Below are positions 54,533 through 64,000 of a stretch of 64,000 nt of DNA, piece after piece. Position 1 is the first letter of the stretch. Every line of letters starts with the position of its first letter. The notes under the pieces were generated by a model. The model had not been told where the DNA came from, searched no databases, and was given only the letters and a program-made list of their open reading frames with translations. Origin of the DNA: a candidate division WOR-3 bacterium (GTDB lineage: Bacteria > Hydrothermota > Hydrothermia > Hydrothermales > JAJRUZ01); NCBI GenBank assembly GCA_024277525.1, contig JAJRUZ010000035.1:1930-65929 (forward strand), written 5' to 3'. The position numbers and the translations under genes are program-made.

Positions 54533-56314
54533 TTAGGTTAGTTTTATTTCGGTTTCAAGTTCCTTTACCTTCTCAACTCTTATAACTTCCTCTGCAAGCT
54601 TCTTTTCCGCTTTTCTCGGATTATATATGGCATCTATAAGAGGCGCATAATTCTCCATAACCTTAGGTCTCACAATTTTAAGAGAAGGAGTTAATTCGCC
54701 TCTTTGAAGCGAAAGTTCATCCGGTATCAAAACAAATGCCCTTATTCGGGAATAAAAAGGATAAATCTTTTTGTTTATCCTCTTTATCTCATCTTTGAAA
54801 AATTCTCTCACTTCTTTGTTTTTAACAATTTTCTTTCTGTCTTTTAAATTAATTTTCTTTTTCTTTAAAAATTTCCCAAGCTCAACAAAGTTTGGAAATA
54901 TTAAAGCACTCACATAATCTTTTCCGCTTCCTAAAACAATTGCATGGGTTATATAATCGGACTCTCCGACAAGTTTCATCTCAATAAGTTGAGAAAATAT
55001 TTTTTCACCATTTGACAATTTAAAAACTCCATCCATTCTGCCTTTGAGAATTAAACCCTGAGGCGTTATTTCTCCGTAATCACCCGTCCTGAACCATCCG
55101 TCCTTTGTAAATACTTTTTTTGTTTTCTCAGGGTTTCTGAAATATCCCTTCATAACATTCGGACCTTTAACAAGAATTTCTCCATCGTGTGAAATTTTCA
55201 CCATCACTCCGGGTATCGGCATTCCTACATTATGAGGGTACCTTTCCCCGCCCAGAGGGGTCAGGGTGACACACGGAGCAGTCTCTGTCAATCCCCATCC
55301 TTCCACAATAGGGATACCCTTGTTTGTAATATACTCCTCGATATCCTTCGGAAGGGGAGCAGCTGCTGTAAAGAAAAATTTTATTTCAGGATGAAAAATC
55401 TCTTTTTCAAGTTTGGGATTATTTTTACATTCCTGAACAAGAACCTGATAAATCTTAGGAACACTGAAATATACCGTCGGCTTTATTTCCCTGAAATTTT
55501 TTACAAGTAAAGGAAGGTCTTTTCCATAGCTGTTATCAATTGCAAGTGTACATGAAAAGTAAAGAGCTGTGAATCTCTCAAATATTCCACCAAAACTGTG
55601 ATGCCAGGGAAGATAGGAAAGAAATCTGTCTTCCGGACCGAGATTCCAGAGATGCTCCTGTGCTTTCCTTTGAGAGAGAATGTTTCTGTGGGTCAATACA
55701 ACACCCTTGGGTCTTCCCGTTGTTCCAGAAGTGTATTGAATCAAACAGGGATCTGTCGGTTTCACCCTCGCAAGTTTTTCCTCAAAAACCGAAGTATCGT
55801 ACCTCAGATCATAAAGATAATAAAAAGGATAAACTTTTTTCTTTAATTCGTCTCGGAGTGTATCATATTCAAAAACAAAAATCTTTTTTATTTTTTTTGA
55901 TATTCCGGTTTTTAAAAATTCTTTGAGATGCTCCTCGTTATCTATGAATACAAAGACCGGTTCTGCATTTGAGAGGGTGTATTCAAGTTGAGTTGAAGGG
56001 TATTCGGAAAAAACAGGAGATGAAATTGCCCCGATTGACATAACCGCAAGCTCAAGAACAAGCATTTCTTTCCTGTTTCTTGAAATTATTCCGACTCTTT
56101 CTCCCTTTTTTAATCCTTCCCTTAGAAGCGCCGAACCGAGAAGTGAAATTTCATGATACAACTCATACCACCTGTAACAATTCCATTTGTTTTCTTTTTT
56201 TTCTTTCAAAATTACATGTTCGGGATACTTTACAAGCCTTTCCCGTAACATTGCCCCGATGGTGGGGCATATTTTACCTAATTTTATATTGCTTTTAAGG
56301 ATTTTCTCCTTCAT
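54533..56314 (-). CDS. AMP-dependent acyl-CoA synthetase/ligase (long-chain-fatty-acid--CoA ligase-like)
   Basis: YTSGTTGRPKGV, GWGLTE, TGDYG and the conserved C-terminal lysine region. Confidence 0.85.
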   Translation of the reverse strand: MKEKILKSNIKLGKICPTIGAMLRERLVKYPEHVILKEKKENKWNCYRWYELYHEISLLGSALLREGLKKGERVGIISRNRKEMLVLELAVMSIGAISSPVFSEYPSTQLEYTLSNAEPVFVFIDNEEHLKEFLKTGISKKIKKIFVFEYDTLRDELKKKVYPFYYLYDLRYDTSVFEEKLARVKPTDPCLIQYTSGTTGRPKGVVLTHRNILSQRKAQEHLWNLGPEDRFLSYLPWHHSFGGIFERFTALYFSCTLAIDNSYGKDLPLLVKNFREIKPTVYFSVPKIYQVLVQECKNNPKLEKEIFHPEIKFFFTAAAPLPKDIEEYITNKGIPIVEGWGLTETAPCVTLTPLGGERYPHNVGMPIPGVMVKISHDGEILVKGPNVMKGYFRNPEKTKKVFTKDGWFRTGDYGEITPQGLILKGRMDGVFKLSNGEKIFSQLIEMKLVGESDYITHAIVLGSGKDYVSALIFPNFVELGKFLKKKKINLKDRKKIVKNKEVREFFKDEIKRINKKIYPFYSRIRAFVLIPDELSLQRGELTPSLKIVRPKVMENYAPLIDAIYNPRKAEKKLAEEVIRVEKVKELETEIKLT

Positions 56315-56322
56315 TGTGTAAA

Positions 56323-57114
56323 TTATACATCAATCTTCTTTTTATTTTCCAAAGCAAAAAGTGCTGCACCGAAGGCAACAAGAGTCTGGGGATTGGGAGG
56401 AACAAGGGGTGTGATTCCTGTCTTTTCCTCAAATACTTTTAAAAGAAAAGGATTATGAGCAACCGCGCCTCCTGCAAGGAAAAGTTTCCCTTCTACCTTC
56501 ACCATGCTTAAAATCCGGTTAACAAATGACTCAAAAACTCCCCTTGCTATTTCTTTTATGTCCTTTCCTTCCCTTATTAAATGAATAATTTCTGTTCCCG
56601 CAAATACGGTGCAAAAGCTGTTAATTTCTATACTCTTTTTTGCTTGCTCAGCCAGATTGTTTAACTTCTTTAAAGGCATTCTCAATTTTCTCGAAATTTC
56701 CTCAATAAAGGCACCTGTACCTGCTGCACATTTTCTGTTCATCTTAAAATCCACCTCCTCTCCCTCTTCATTTATTTGAACCATTTTAACATCTTCCGCA
56801 CCTATATCAATTATTGTTCCCTTTCCGGAAAAATAATAGGTCATCCCTTTCACAAGACATGAAATTTCTGTTTTTGTTATTTTTTTAAAAGGAAAATTAT
56901 ATCTTCCAACACCCGTACTCACAAAAACTTTGATATCGTTTATTTTAAAATTTCCGTTTATTTTCTTAAACACCCTTCTTAAAATTTTTTTTGAGGTCTT
57001 CTCAAATGAAATTCCCGAGGAAACAATATCTTCAGCAATTATTTTCTTTTTTTCATCAATTAAACATATTTTTGTATAAGAGGAACCTATGTCAATACCC
57101 GCAAAAAAACTCAT
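56323..57114 (-). CDS. 2-hydroxyacyl-CoA dehydratase activase (BcrAD/BadFG/HgdC-type ATPase)
   Basis: GIDIGSSYTK, an acetate/sugar-kinase-fold ATPase of 263 aa. Adjacent to an HGD-D family gene. Confidence 0.8.
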   Translation of the reverse strand: MSFFAGIDIGSSYTKICLIDEKKKIIAEDIVSSGISFEKTSKKILRRVFKKINGNFKINDIKVFVSTGVGRYNFPFKKITKTEISCLVKGMTYYFSGKGTIIDIGAEDVKMVQINEEGEEVDFKMNRKCAAGTGAFIEEISRKLRMPLKKLNNLAEQAKKSIEINSFCTVFAGTEIIHLIREGKDIKEIARGVFESFVNRILSMVKVEGKLFLAGGAVAHNPFLLKVFEEKTGITPLVPPNPQTLVAFGAALFALENKKKIDV

Positions 57115-58323
57115 CTATGTTCTTTCTGGAAAACTTTCAATCAATGTTTTTGTCTGCTCATCCGAGAAACACCTTAAATCGTTTAAATCTCCGTAAATAA
57201 TAAGTGTCTTTATTCCATATTTTTCCCTTAATCTCTCCGGCATCCCGAATCTCGAATTTGTATTATGAGGACAGGTTTTAGCATCATGAAAAATTATTGC
57301 ATCACATTTATATTTCTGAATTTCTTCTACGAGTATTCTCTCTTTAACTTCCTCGCTTCTGTTTATGAATATTTTTAAATAACATTCCGCCATACTTTCA
57401 AAAGGCTCTTCCGGTGAAAGGTCCTCAAACACCCATGAATTGCAATAAGTTGAAGCAACAACATTTGAATTGTTTTTTTCAAAAACTTCAGACAGAAATC
57501 TCAATCTTCCCCATATCGGCATTCCTTCCCAGTAAAACCTTATTTTTTCATTATCTATTGCTCCTTCTTTTCTCTTAATTCTTTCCTCAACTTCGGAATT
57601 CAAAAGTTTATAATAATCAACCGCCTCTTTAAGTCCTCTTAAACATACAGCAGGTGCCATGTGAATTGTACCGTCAAAAAATGTTATGGGAGACGGTCTG
57701 TTTTGAGCAGTCTCAAGAAATCTTTTCCATAAAAGGGAACATTCCCTTGAAAGATTTATAACTTCTTTAAAATAATCATAATCAAATTTTCTCTGAGTTA
57801 TTTTTTCAAGTTCTTTTACCAAATTCTTAAATTGATTTGAAACAAATTCAACATGTTCTTTCTTCAAATCTTTTATTTTCCAAGGAGAAAATATACCTAC
57901 GACAGGGATTTTGAATTCATTACCGTAAAATTTGAACCAATCCTGAACCTCCCTGCATTGATTTGTATTATAAACAAGAACATCGGGTCTGGGAATGGAT
58001 GGGACATTATAAGCATCCTTTAAAGGTGTTTCATTCATTAAATAAGCACCTATATCACTTGTTAGGTAAGAGCATATATCCGGTGAGTATCCGATTGAAT
58101 TTGCTTTTATAATATATTTTGTTGCTAATTTTTTAGCTCCTATTAAAGCACCGTGATTTTCAGGATAATATACTTTAAATCCCGCAGCAATCAAAATTTC
58201 GGCTGGTCCCACACTGGAACACCAAGCAACTTTTTCCTTGTCACTTTGAGAAGCTTCATAAATTTCTTTGTAATATCTCTCCATCAACTCCTTTAACTTT
58301 TCTGATGTCTTTAGCTTTTTCAC
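57115..58323 (-). CDS. 2-hydroxyacyl-CoA dehydratase family subunit (HgdA/HgdB/BcrC/BadD-type)
   Basis: 402 aa with VAWCSSVGPAEILIAAGF and a conserved Cys context. GTG start. Ends in TAG, immediately followed by the activase ATG. Confidence 0.7.
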   Translation of the reverse strand: MKKLKTSEKLKELMERYYKEIYEASQSDKEKVAWCSSVGPAEILIAAGFKVYYPENHGALIGAKKLATKYIIKANSIGYSPDICSYLTSDIGAYLMNETPLKDAYNVPSIPRPDVLVYNTNQCREVQDWFKFYGNEFKIPVVGIFSPWKIKDLKKEHVEFVSNQFKNLVKELEKITQRKFDYDYFKEVINLSRECSLLWKRFLETAQNRPSPITFFDGTIHMAPAVCLRGLKEAVDYYKLLNSEVEERIKRKEGAIDNEKIRFYWEGMPIWGRLRFLSEVFEKNNSNVVASTYCNSWVFEDLSPEEPFESMAECYLKIFINRSEEVKERILVEEIQKYKCDAIIFHDAKTCPHNTNSRFGMPERLREKYGIKTLIIYGDLNDLRCFSDEQTKTLIESFPERT

Positions 58324-60332
58324 CTTCCCTTAAATTCAGGCTTTTTCTTTCCTATGGAAGATAAACCTTCATAAGCATCTTCTGTTGAGAAAATTTCTTT
58401 TAAATATTTGAGTTCAAGTTCTAACCCTTCTTCTAAGGATAAGTTGTATCCTTCATCCATTATTTTATTTGCTAACCTGAGAGCAAGCGGAGCCTTTGAT
58501 TGTATTACTTTTTTAACCTTATTCAAGAGAGGATTACTTTCATCAATAACTTTTCCTTCAAATAACATTTCTATATTTTCATCTTTGAACTGTTCAATTA
58601 ATATTTTAAATTCTTCGGGTATTTCCCTTTTACGGTACTTATCAGGAATTTCTTTCATTTCTTTTATATATTCATTCATTTTATCAAAAGACAAAACTTC
58701 ACATATAATTCCCAACTTTTTACCCGTTTGTGCGTCAATCGGAAAACCTGTGAAAATAAACTATTTTGCAAGTTCCTTTCCGATCATTCTGGGGAGTCTC
58801 TGTGTTCCTCCGAGACCGGGATATATCCCTATGCCTGTCTCTGGAAAAGCAAAATATGCTTTGGGATGAGAAATTACAGTATGAGATGCAAGCGCAATTT
58901 CGGAACCCCCTCCGAGTGCCATTCCGTTCAATTTACATATAAAAGGCTTTTCAGATTTCTCTATTTTATTTAAAACCCCTTGAGCATATTTTGTAAATTC
59001 CACAATTCTATCGAGGTTTTTGCTTTCAATATTTTTCAAGAAAAATCTTATATCTGCTCCGGCTGCAAATGCCTTTCCTTCTCCTTCAATCACTATTTTT
59101 TGGACTTCCTTATCCTCTTTGAATTTCTCAAAAATTTCCTCCATTTCTTTAAAAACATCCTCATTTAAAGCATTAAGAGCCTCGGGTCTTGAAATTATTA
59201 TAAATCCGACTCCATCTTTTTTTAATCCTGTCACATTCCTTATTTTAAAAGGTCCTATATTTATTTGTTTTTTGAGAGATTCAGGTTTTTTAAGAGAATA
59301 TTTCTTAACTATTTCATCAACATACTCATCAACCTTTTGTATTCCTTCTCTGTTCATCATTTCAAATGGTCCCTTTCTCCATCTGAGTGCAACCTTTGCC
59401 CCTTTTTCAATATCTTCAATTTTGCAAATATTTTGATCTAACATTTCAAGAACTACATAAAATACAGCACCCATGATTCTTTTCTTAACTTCTTCTTTTT
59501 TGTCCTGTTCCAAATTACCTTCTATATTACACATTTGCCCTTTCTCAGTTTTTTCTTTTAAGAGCTCGGCAGGTTTATAGAAATCACCAAGTTTTTCTGA
59601 CAAGAATTTTGCTGCATGATAGGCTATGGGAACACCCGTTACATTCATGAGTTCAAATGGTCCCATAGGGATGCCCAAAATTTCTTTACAGACCTCTTCG
59701 ATTGTAAATATATTTGCAATTTTTTCCTCTAATATCCTGACCGATTCATTCAAAAAGGGAACAAAAAATCTGTTTACAACAAATCCCGGAGAATCTTTTG
59801 TAATAACGGTCACCTTTCCGATTATTCTGGAAAAAGTCAAACATTTTGCAATTATCTCATTTGAAGTATATCTGGAGGGGATTATTTCCAGAAATCTGTT
59901 TTTTGCAGGATGATAGAAAAAGTGCATCCCTATGAATTTCTCTTTTCTTTCAACACATTCAGATAACTCGTTCACAGAGAGAGACGAAGTATTCGTTGCA
60001 AAGATGGTTTTTTTCTCACATAGATTGTCCAGTTTTTTAAATACATCTTCTTTTATTTTTTTATCTTCATATACTGCTTCAATAATCAAGTCGCATTCTT
60101 TGAGTTGTTCGTAAGAAAGGGTAGGATGAATAAGAGAAAGAATTTTCTCAGTATCTTCCTGTTTAAAGATTCTTTTTTTAACACCTTCATCAAGGGTCTG
60201 TTTAATCTTCTCCATTCCTCTTTCCAGAAATTTTTCTTCCTTATCAACTAATACAACTTCCATACCTTCTTGGGCTATTTTTTGTGCAATTCCTGAGCCC
60301 ATTGTTCCGGCACCGATGACTCCTATTTTCAT
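58320..60332 (-). pseudogene. 3-hydroxyacyl-CoA dehydrogenase / enoyl-CoA hydratase fusion (FadB-like) interrupted by one in-frame TAG at 58761-58763
   Basis: ORFs 58761-60332 and 58320-58715 share a frame. Reading through gives a continuous crotonase motif ..LPRMIGKELAK*FIFTGFPIDAQTGKKLGIICEV... N-terminus IGVIGAGTMGSGIA. Confidence 0.65.
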
Positions 60333-60466
60333 TTTTTCCTCCTCCTTTTAATAAACATTTTTATAAATAACATCTCTAATTTTAAAATAAATTTTTCCGA
60401 AACAGCAAATTTTTTTCCCTTATTATGTAATTGATTTCTCTTTTATTTACTTTATATAATTTTCCT

Positions 60467-61045
60467 ATGAAACTGTTTTTTCTTTGTCTGATTATTTTTA
60501 CTCAATTAAAAATTGAAAGAATTCTGAATAAGAATTCCACTCCTGAAGAAAGAATAAAAGTTGCAAAGAAATATAAGGATATTAAAATTGAGGTACCGAA
60601 AAATGTAAAAGTGAGCATAAAAACAAATAAAGGAGAAATAACATGTGAACTTTATCCCGAATATGCTCCGAAAACAGTTGAAAATTTTGTTAAACTTGCG
60701 AAATTAGGATTTTATGATGTACTTATTTTCCACAGGTATGTTCCGAATTTTGTTATTCAGGGAGGAGACCCTTATGGAAAGGGATACGGCGACGCAGGTT
60801 ATACAATACCTCTTGAAACACATCCAAAAGCAAAACATGTAGAAGGAGCATTGGGAATAGCAAGGGCATCTGACCCGAATTCAGGATCCTGCCAGTTTTA
60901 CATAACTTTAACAAAAACACCTCACTTAGACGGTAATTATACAGTTTTCGGAAGAGTAATTAAAGGAATGGAAGTGGTAAAAAAATTGAGAAAAGGAGAT
61001 GTAATCGAGAAAATTGAAATAATAGAAAAGAAGAAAAATAGGTAA
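60467..61045 (+). CDS. cyclophilin-type peptidyl-prolyl cis-trans isomerase (exported)
   Basis: FHRYVPNFVIQGGDP, SCQFYITL and GRVIKGMEVV motifs. Start set at MKLFFLCLIIF (ATG at 60467). Confidence 0.85.
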   Translation: MKLFFLCLIIFTQLKIERILNKNSTPEERIKVAKKYKDIKIEVPKNVKVSIKTNKGEITCELYPEYAPKTVENFVKLAKLGFYDVLIFHRYVPNFVIQGGDPYGKGYGDAGYTIPLETHPKAKHVEGALGIARASDPNSGSCQFYITLTKTPHLDGNYTVFGRVIKGMEVVKKLRKGDVIEKIEIIEKKKNR

Positions 61046-61180
61046 ATTGTAAACTTTAAACACGGGTCTGATAGAATTTATGTTAAAATGCTTCTTTTTT
61101 TAATTCTCTCCTTCCGCCTTCTGCGGGACAGGTATCAAGAAAAGGAAACTAAAAATATCCTTGTATGAACAAAAAAAATT

Positions 61181-61202
61181 GTAGGAGTGGCTTCCGAGTC
61201 GC
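61181..61202 (+). repeat. REP-like GTAG-hairpin element (second family, degenerate)
   Basis: GTAGGAGTGGCTTCCGAGTCGC. The stem forms only with G-T pairs. Shares GTAGGAG..TCC..CGC with 52715-52737. Between convergent genes. Confidence 0.4.
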
Positions 61203-61266
61203 AGGATGAGGTTTTTTGCTTGAAAATACTATCAGAGAGCATAAATAAATAAAGTAAGTTCATTTT

Positions 61267-61599
61267 CTACCTCCAGTGGTATCCGATTATTGCTCCAACG
61301 GAAGGGGAAATTAGCCCAATAAAAAAACCAACAGGCACTTCTCCTTTTCCACCGTATGCATTTTTCCTTAAAGAGTCATAAAGAAAAACTAACCCTACAA
61401 GTGTCCCTACAAATGAACCTATCAATGTATTCAAATATTTACCTTTTTTTCCAAACGCATTCCCCACCAGATATACACTTCCGGATGTAAGTATAACTCC
61501 TGCCCCAATGTATATCAATGAAAAATTCGGATTACTTTTCAGAGAAGATTTATGAGCATAAAAAACACTTTTAAAGGAATTAGAAAACCTATATTTCAT
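61267..61599 (-). CDS. hypothetical small membrane protein (glycine-zipper-like)
   Basis: 110 aa with three Gly/Ala/Val-rich hydrophobic segments (GxxxG-like). Confidence 0.4.
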   Translation of the reverse strand: MKYRFSNSFKSVFYAHKSSLKSNPNFSLIYIGAGVILTSGSVYLVGNAFGKKGKYLNTLIGSFVGTLVGLVFLYDSLRKNAYGGKGEVPVGFFIGLISPSVGAIIGYHWR

Positions 61600-61942
61600 T
61601 TTACTCAGGCTTTACTGTTTGACATTCAGGGAAAATCTTGAAAACGAATTGTTAACATCAAAAAATCCGGCATCCGAGAATAAAATATTTATGCTTATTA
61701 AAACAAAAGTAAAAAATTTAAAATATTTCACAATAAAAACCTCCCACCCACTTATTTTAATGCTTTTTAAAAATTTTTTCAAAACCTTATACCCAAAAAT
61801 TCAATCAAAATTTTCATTTTGTATTTTCATTCGAAAACGAGGTAAAAGGCACATTCTGGTTCAAGTTTTTTTAATAGGCAAAAGAAAGGTTTTCAATAAA
61901 CCGGAATTGAAAACTTATAAAATACCTGTGCTACAAAAATTT

Positions 61943-62980
61943 TTAACTCAACAACACTTCCTCACTTATCAAAGCACATCCCCTTAAATCTTCGTCAACT
62001 CTTTCCATAATTTCAAACCCTCTTCCTTTGATTCTTCCCATATCAGGTGTTAATAAAAAAGAACATGTATCAAGATTGAAAAGGTCAAGTATCCCTATTA
62101 AACCGATTTTATCATCTTCTCCTTCTTCATTTATTATCCTGAATCTTAAAAAGGGCAAAGATGATTTGTACCTTACGGTCTTTTTTTCAAAAATAAATTT
62201 CCTTAAAGTTATATCATAAAACTGTGAAGCAAGCTCACACATTCCATATTCATTTATAACAAAATTTTTTGAAACATTAAAAAATTTTTTATACATTTTT
62301 AAAAGAGAATGTCCTTTAATGCTTACACTCCTTCCTTTCCATCCACCTGTGTCCATAATTCTTGACCCCTTTTTTAAATTTAATTTTTCTTTTTTATATT
62401 TCAGAAAATTCATAAAATCATAAAGTGAAATTGTTGTTCCGAGAATTAAAACAGGCTTTCTCTCCCTTTTTAACTCTTTAAAAATGGATTCATATTGATT
62501 TTTATCGTAAATAAAACATGTTTTTTTCGAAAACTTCCCGGAAACAAGGGAAAACATATATGAAAGGGAAGAATTTTTTCTTATTCTAAGGGGCTCAAAA
62601 AATATATAAAAATTTGCTTTAAAATTATCGGGAAGTAAAAAATATTCAAAAGAGACTAAAATACTTTTATTTATAAATTCAATATCTTTATAAAAAGATT
62701 TAGACCTTATCCCTTCGCTTGTCCCGGAAGAAACAAAAATTAACTTTGCCTTTCCTCTGAAGGATTTAATCTCATATTTTTTAAAAAATCTGACAGGCAT
62801 TAAGGGAATATCCTTAATTTCTTTTACATTTTTTTTATGTTTTCCGATAAAATCACAAAATTTTCTGTAAACTTCATTATTATCATACTGAAATTTAAAA
62901 ACATCAATAAAAATTTCCTCATCAAAATCCATATTTTTAAGAGATTTCAAAATTTTTTCTTTCAAAATTTTTTTATACAT
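61943..62980 (-). CDS. LuxE/PaaK-like acyl-adenylate-forming enzyme (acyl-protein synthetase family)
   Basis: 345 aa. The N-terminal ..FKFQYDNNEVYRKFCDF...IKDIPLMPVRFFK pattern resembles the LuxE family. Pattern-level call only. Confidence 0.45.
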   Translation of the reverse strand: MYKKILKEKILKSLKNMDFDEEIFIDVFKFQYDNNEVYRKFCDFIGKHKKNVKEIKDIPLMPVRFFKKYEIKSFRGKAKLIFVSSGTSEGIRSKSFYKDIEFINKSILVSFEYFLLPDNFKANFYIFFEPLRIRKNSSLSYMFSLVSGKFSKKTCFIYDKNQYESIFKELKRERKPVLILGTTISLYDFMNFLKYKKEKLNLKKGSRIMDTGGWKGRSVSIKGHSLLKMYKKFFNVSKNFVINEYGMCELASQFYDITLRKFIFEKKTVRYKSSLPFLRFRIINEEGEDDKIGLIGILDLFNLDTCSFLLTPDMGRIKGRGFEIMERVDEDLRGCALISEEVLLS

Positions 62981-63005
62981 AAAATCATATTATAAAATTA
63001 AACAT

Positions 63006-63752
63006 ATGAAAATAGGAATTATCGGATTCGGAAAAGTAGGAGCTTCACTTTTTGATTTACTTAAAGAGAAAAAATTAAAAGTAAATGTTTACTCAAAATC
63101 AAAAAAGAAAGGAAATTTTGAAAAGGTGGTTAAAGAATCCGAAGTAATTTTTATATGTGTAAAGGATGATATAATTCCCGAAGTTGTAAGAAAAATTAAA
63201 AAGTTAAAAATAAAAGAAAAAAAACATTTTTTGCATTTATCGGGTGCAACATCTTTAACTGTTTTAGATACTTTAAAAAGGAAAGGGCATAACACAGGGA
63301 AATTACATCCTGTTCAAACTTTTTCAAAAAGAGATAAAAATGCTTTTAAAAAAATATATGCAACATTTTCGGGAAATGAAGAGACTTTTAAGATTTTAAA
63401 AAAAATTTTTCAGGGAGATTTAAAAATTATTAAAATGAAAGATGAAGAGCAGGTTCTTGTTCATATTGCCTGTGTTTTTGCCTCCAATTTTTCTGTATAT
63501 CTGTTAATCAAAGCGGAAGAAATCTTAAAGGAAATCAACTTAAATATGGAAGTCTTGAAGCCTATTATAAAAACCTCTTTCGAGAATGTTCTCAAATTCG
63601 GACCCTCAAACTCGCTTACAGGACCTGCAAAAAGAAGGGATATTAAGACAATAAAAAGACATTTAAAAGTGCTTAAAAAATTTAAAAAGGATTTGTTTTT
63701 AATTTATAATTATATTTCAAAAAAAATACTCAAAAATGGAAGAAAAATATAA
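63006..63752 (+). CDS. Rossmann-like NAD(P)-binding protein with a DUF2520-type C-terminal domain
   Basis: IGIIGFGKVG dinucleotide fold. C-terminal SLTGPAKRRDIKTIKRHL matches the LTGP..RGD...HL pattern. Confidence 0.6.
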   Translation: MKIGIIGFGKVGASLFDLLKEKKLKVNVYSKSKKKGNFEKVVKESEVIFICVKDDIIPEVVRKIKKLKIKEKKHFLHLSGATSLTVLDTLKRKGHNTGKLHPVQTFSKRDKNAFKKIYATFSGNEETFKILKKIFQGDLKIIKMKDEEQVLVHIACVFASNFSVYLLIKAEEILKEINLNMEVLKPIIKTSFENVLKFGPSNSLTGPAKRRDIKTIKRHLKVLKKFKKDLFLIYNYISKKILKNGRKI

Positions 63753-64000
63753 AGAATTTTTATTAACTCATCCCATTCTGGAAGGGATCGGAGAAAAAGG
63801 TATTGATGACATTTCTTCAATTGCTTCTTTTTTACATCTGAAAAAAGGAGACATTCTTTTTAAAGAAGGTTCCCAGGGAGAGGATTTGTATATTATAGTG
63901 GAGGGAAAAGCAGAGGTTTTAAAAGGGAAGGAAAATGTAAAAATAGCGGAACTTGCAAAAGGAGCAATTGTGGGAGAGATTTCTTTTCTTTTAAAATCAG
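63735..64000 (+). CDS. cyclic-nucleotide-binding domain protein (Crp/Fnr-like), 3' end beyond the window
   Basis: My own translation from the ATG at 63735: MEEKYKEFLLTHPILEGI...GDILFKEGSQGEDLYIIVEGKAEV...GAIVGEISFL. Open to the window end. Confidence 0.65.

Noticed and set aside
58761-58763. Genome-wide TAG reassignment or pyrrolysine decoding as the explanation for the in-frame TAG
   Set aside because: TAG terminates lpxA and the dehydratase gene at sensible positions in this window, and no pyl genes are visible here. Local read-through or a mutation remains possible.
58408-58869. 153-aa + strand ORF spanning the TAG interruption
   Set aside because: It is antisense to the FadB-like gene. 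It is S/I/L-rich and does not explain the interruption.
61619-61987. 122-aa + strand ORF in the long intergenic gap
   Set aside because: It is low-complexity and K/F/L-rich, has no RBS, and overlaps the 3' end of the LuxE-like gene. It is treated as non-coding.
1-64000. Prophage, transposon, integron or known defence-system genes
   Set aside because: No integrase, transposase, recombinase, Cas, restriction-modification or phage structural motifs were recognised in any of the ORFs.

Overview
This is a visibly AT-rich, densely coding bacterial chromosome segment. It has about 60 genes, one tRNA-Lys, and no rRNA, CRISPR array, transposase or integrase. The lineage guess is an inference: LpxA, an LpxC-FabZ fusion, BamD-like and beta-barrel proteins point to a diderm. 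Two cargo proteins with type IX secretion (T9SS) C-terminal sorting tails suggest an uncultivated FCB-group-like lineage, and the K/E/I-rich proteins may indicate a thermophile. Housekeeping content includes rpoZ-coaBC-udg-ymdB, cdd, pgk, gap, nadD, lpxC/fabZ-lpxA, arcC, dapA-speE-speB, mrp, hemACD, hisS, hbd, nfi and a cyclophilin. Six things deserve a second look. (1) A tRNA T-arm-like hairpin (GGTTCAAATCC) recurs 8 times, always 20-24 nt upstream of a start codon and with covarying stems. (2) A 1576-aa fusion protein combines a Ser/Thr kinase, a P-loop NTPase, helical repeats, a GAF domain and a sigma54 activator; just downstream is a self-contained unit of sigma54-like promoter, 53-aa secreted peptide gene and terminator. 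(3) A permuted PilY1/minor-pilin operon carries a good -24/-12 sigma54 promoter, its own histidine kinase and NtrC-type regulator, a Gly18 linker and a G8 tract. (4) GTAG-plus-hairpin REP/REPIN-like elements occur at 5 loci. (5) A YbhGFSR-like ABC operon looks eroded: the permease has an internal deletion, a REPIN sits in the ATPase 3' end, and a retropepsin-like protease cassette is inserted. (6) An acyl-CoA cluster holds a single-subunit 2-hydroxyacyl-CoA-dehydratase-like gene with its activase, a crotonase with a zinc ribbon, and a FadB-like gene split by one in-frame TAG. All functional calls come from reading motifs by eye; no database search was run.
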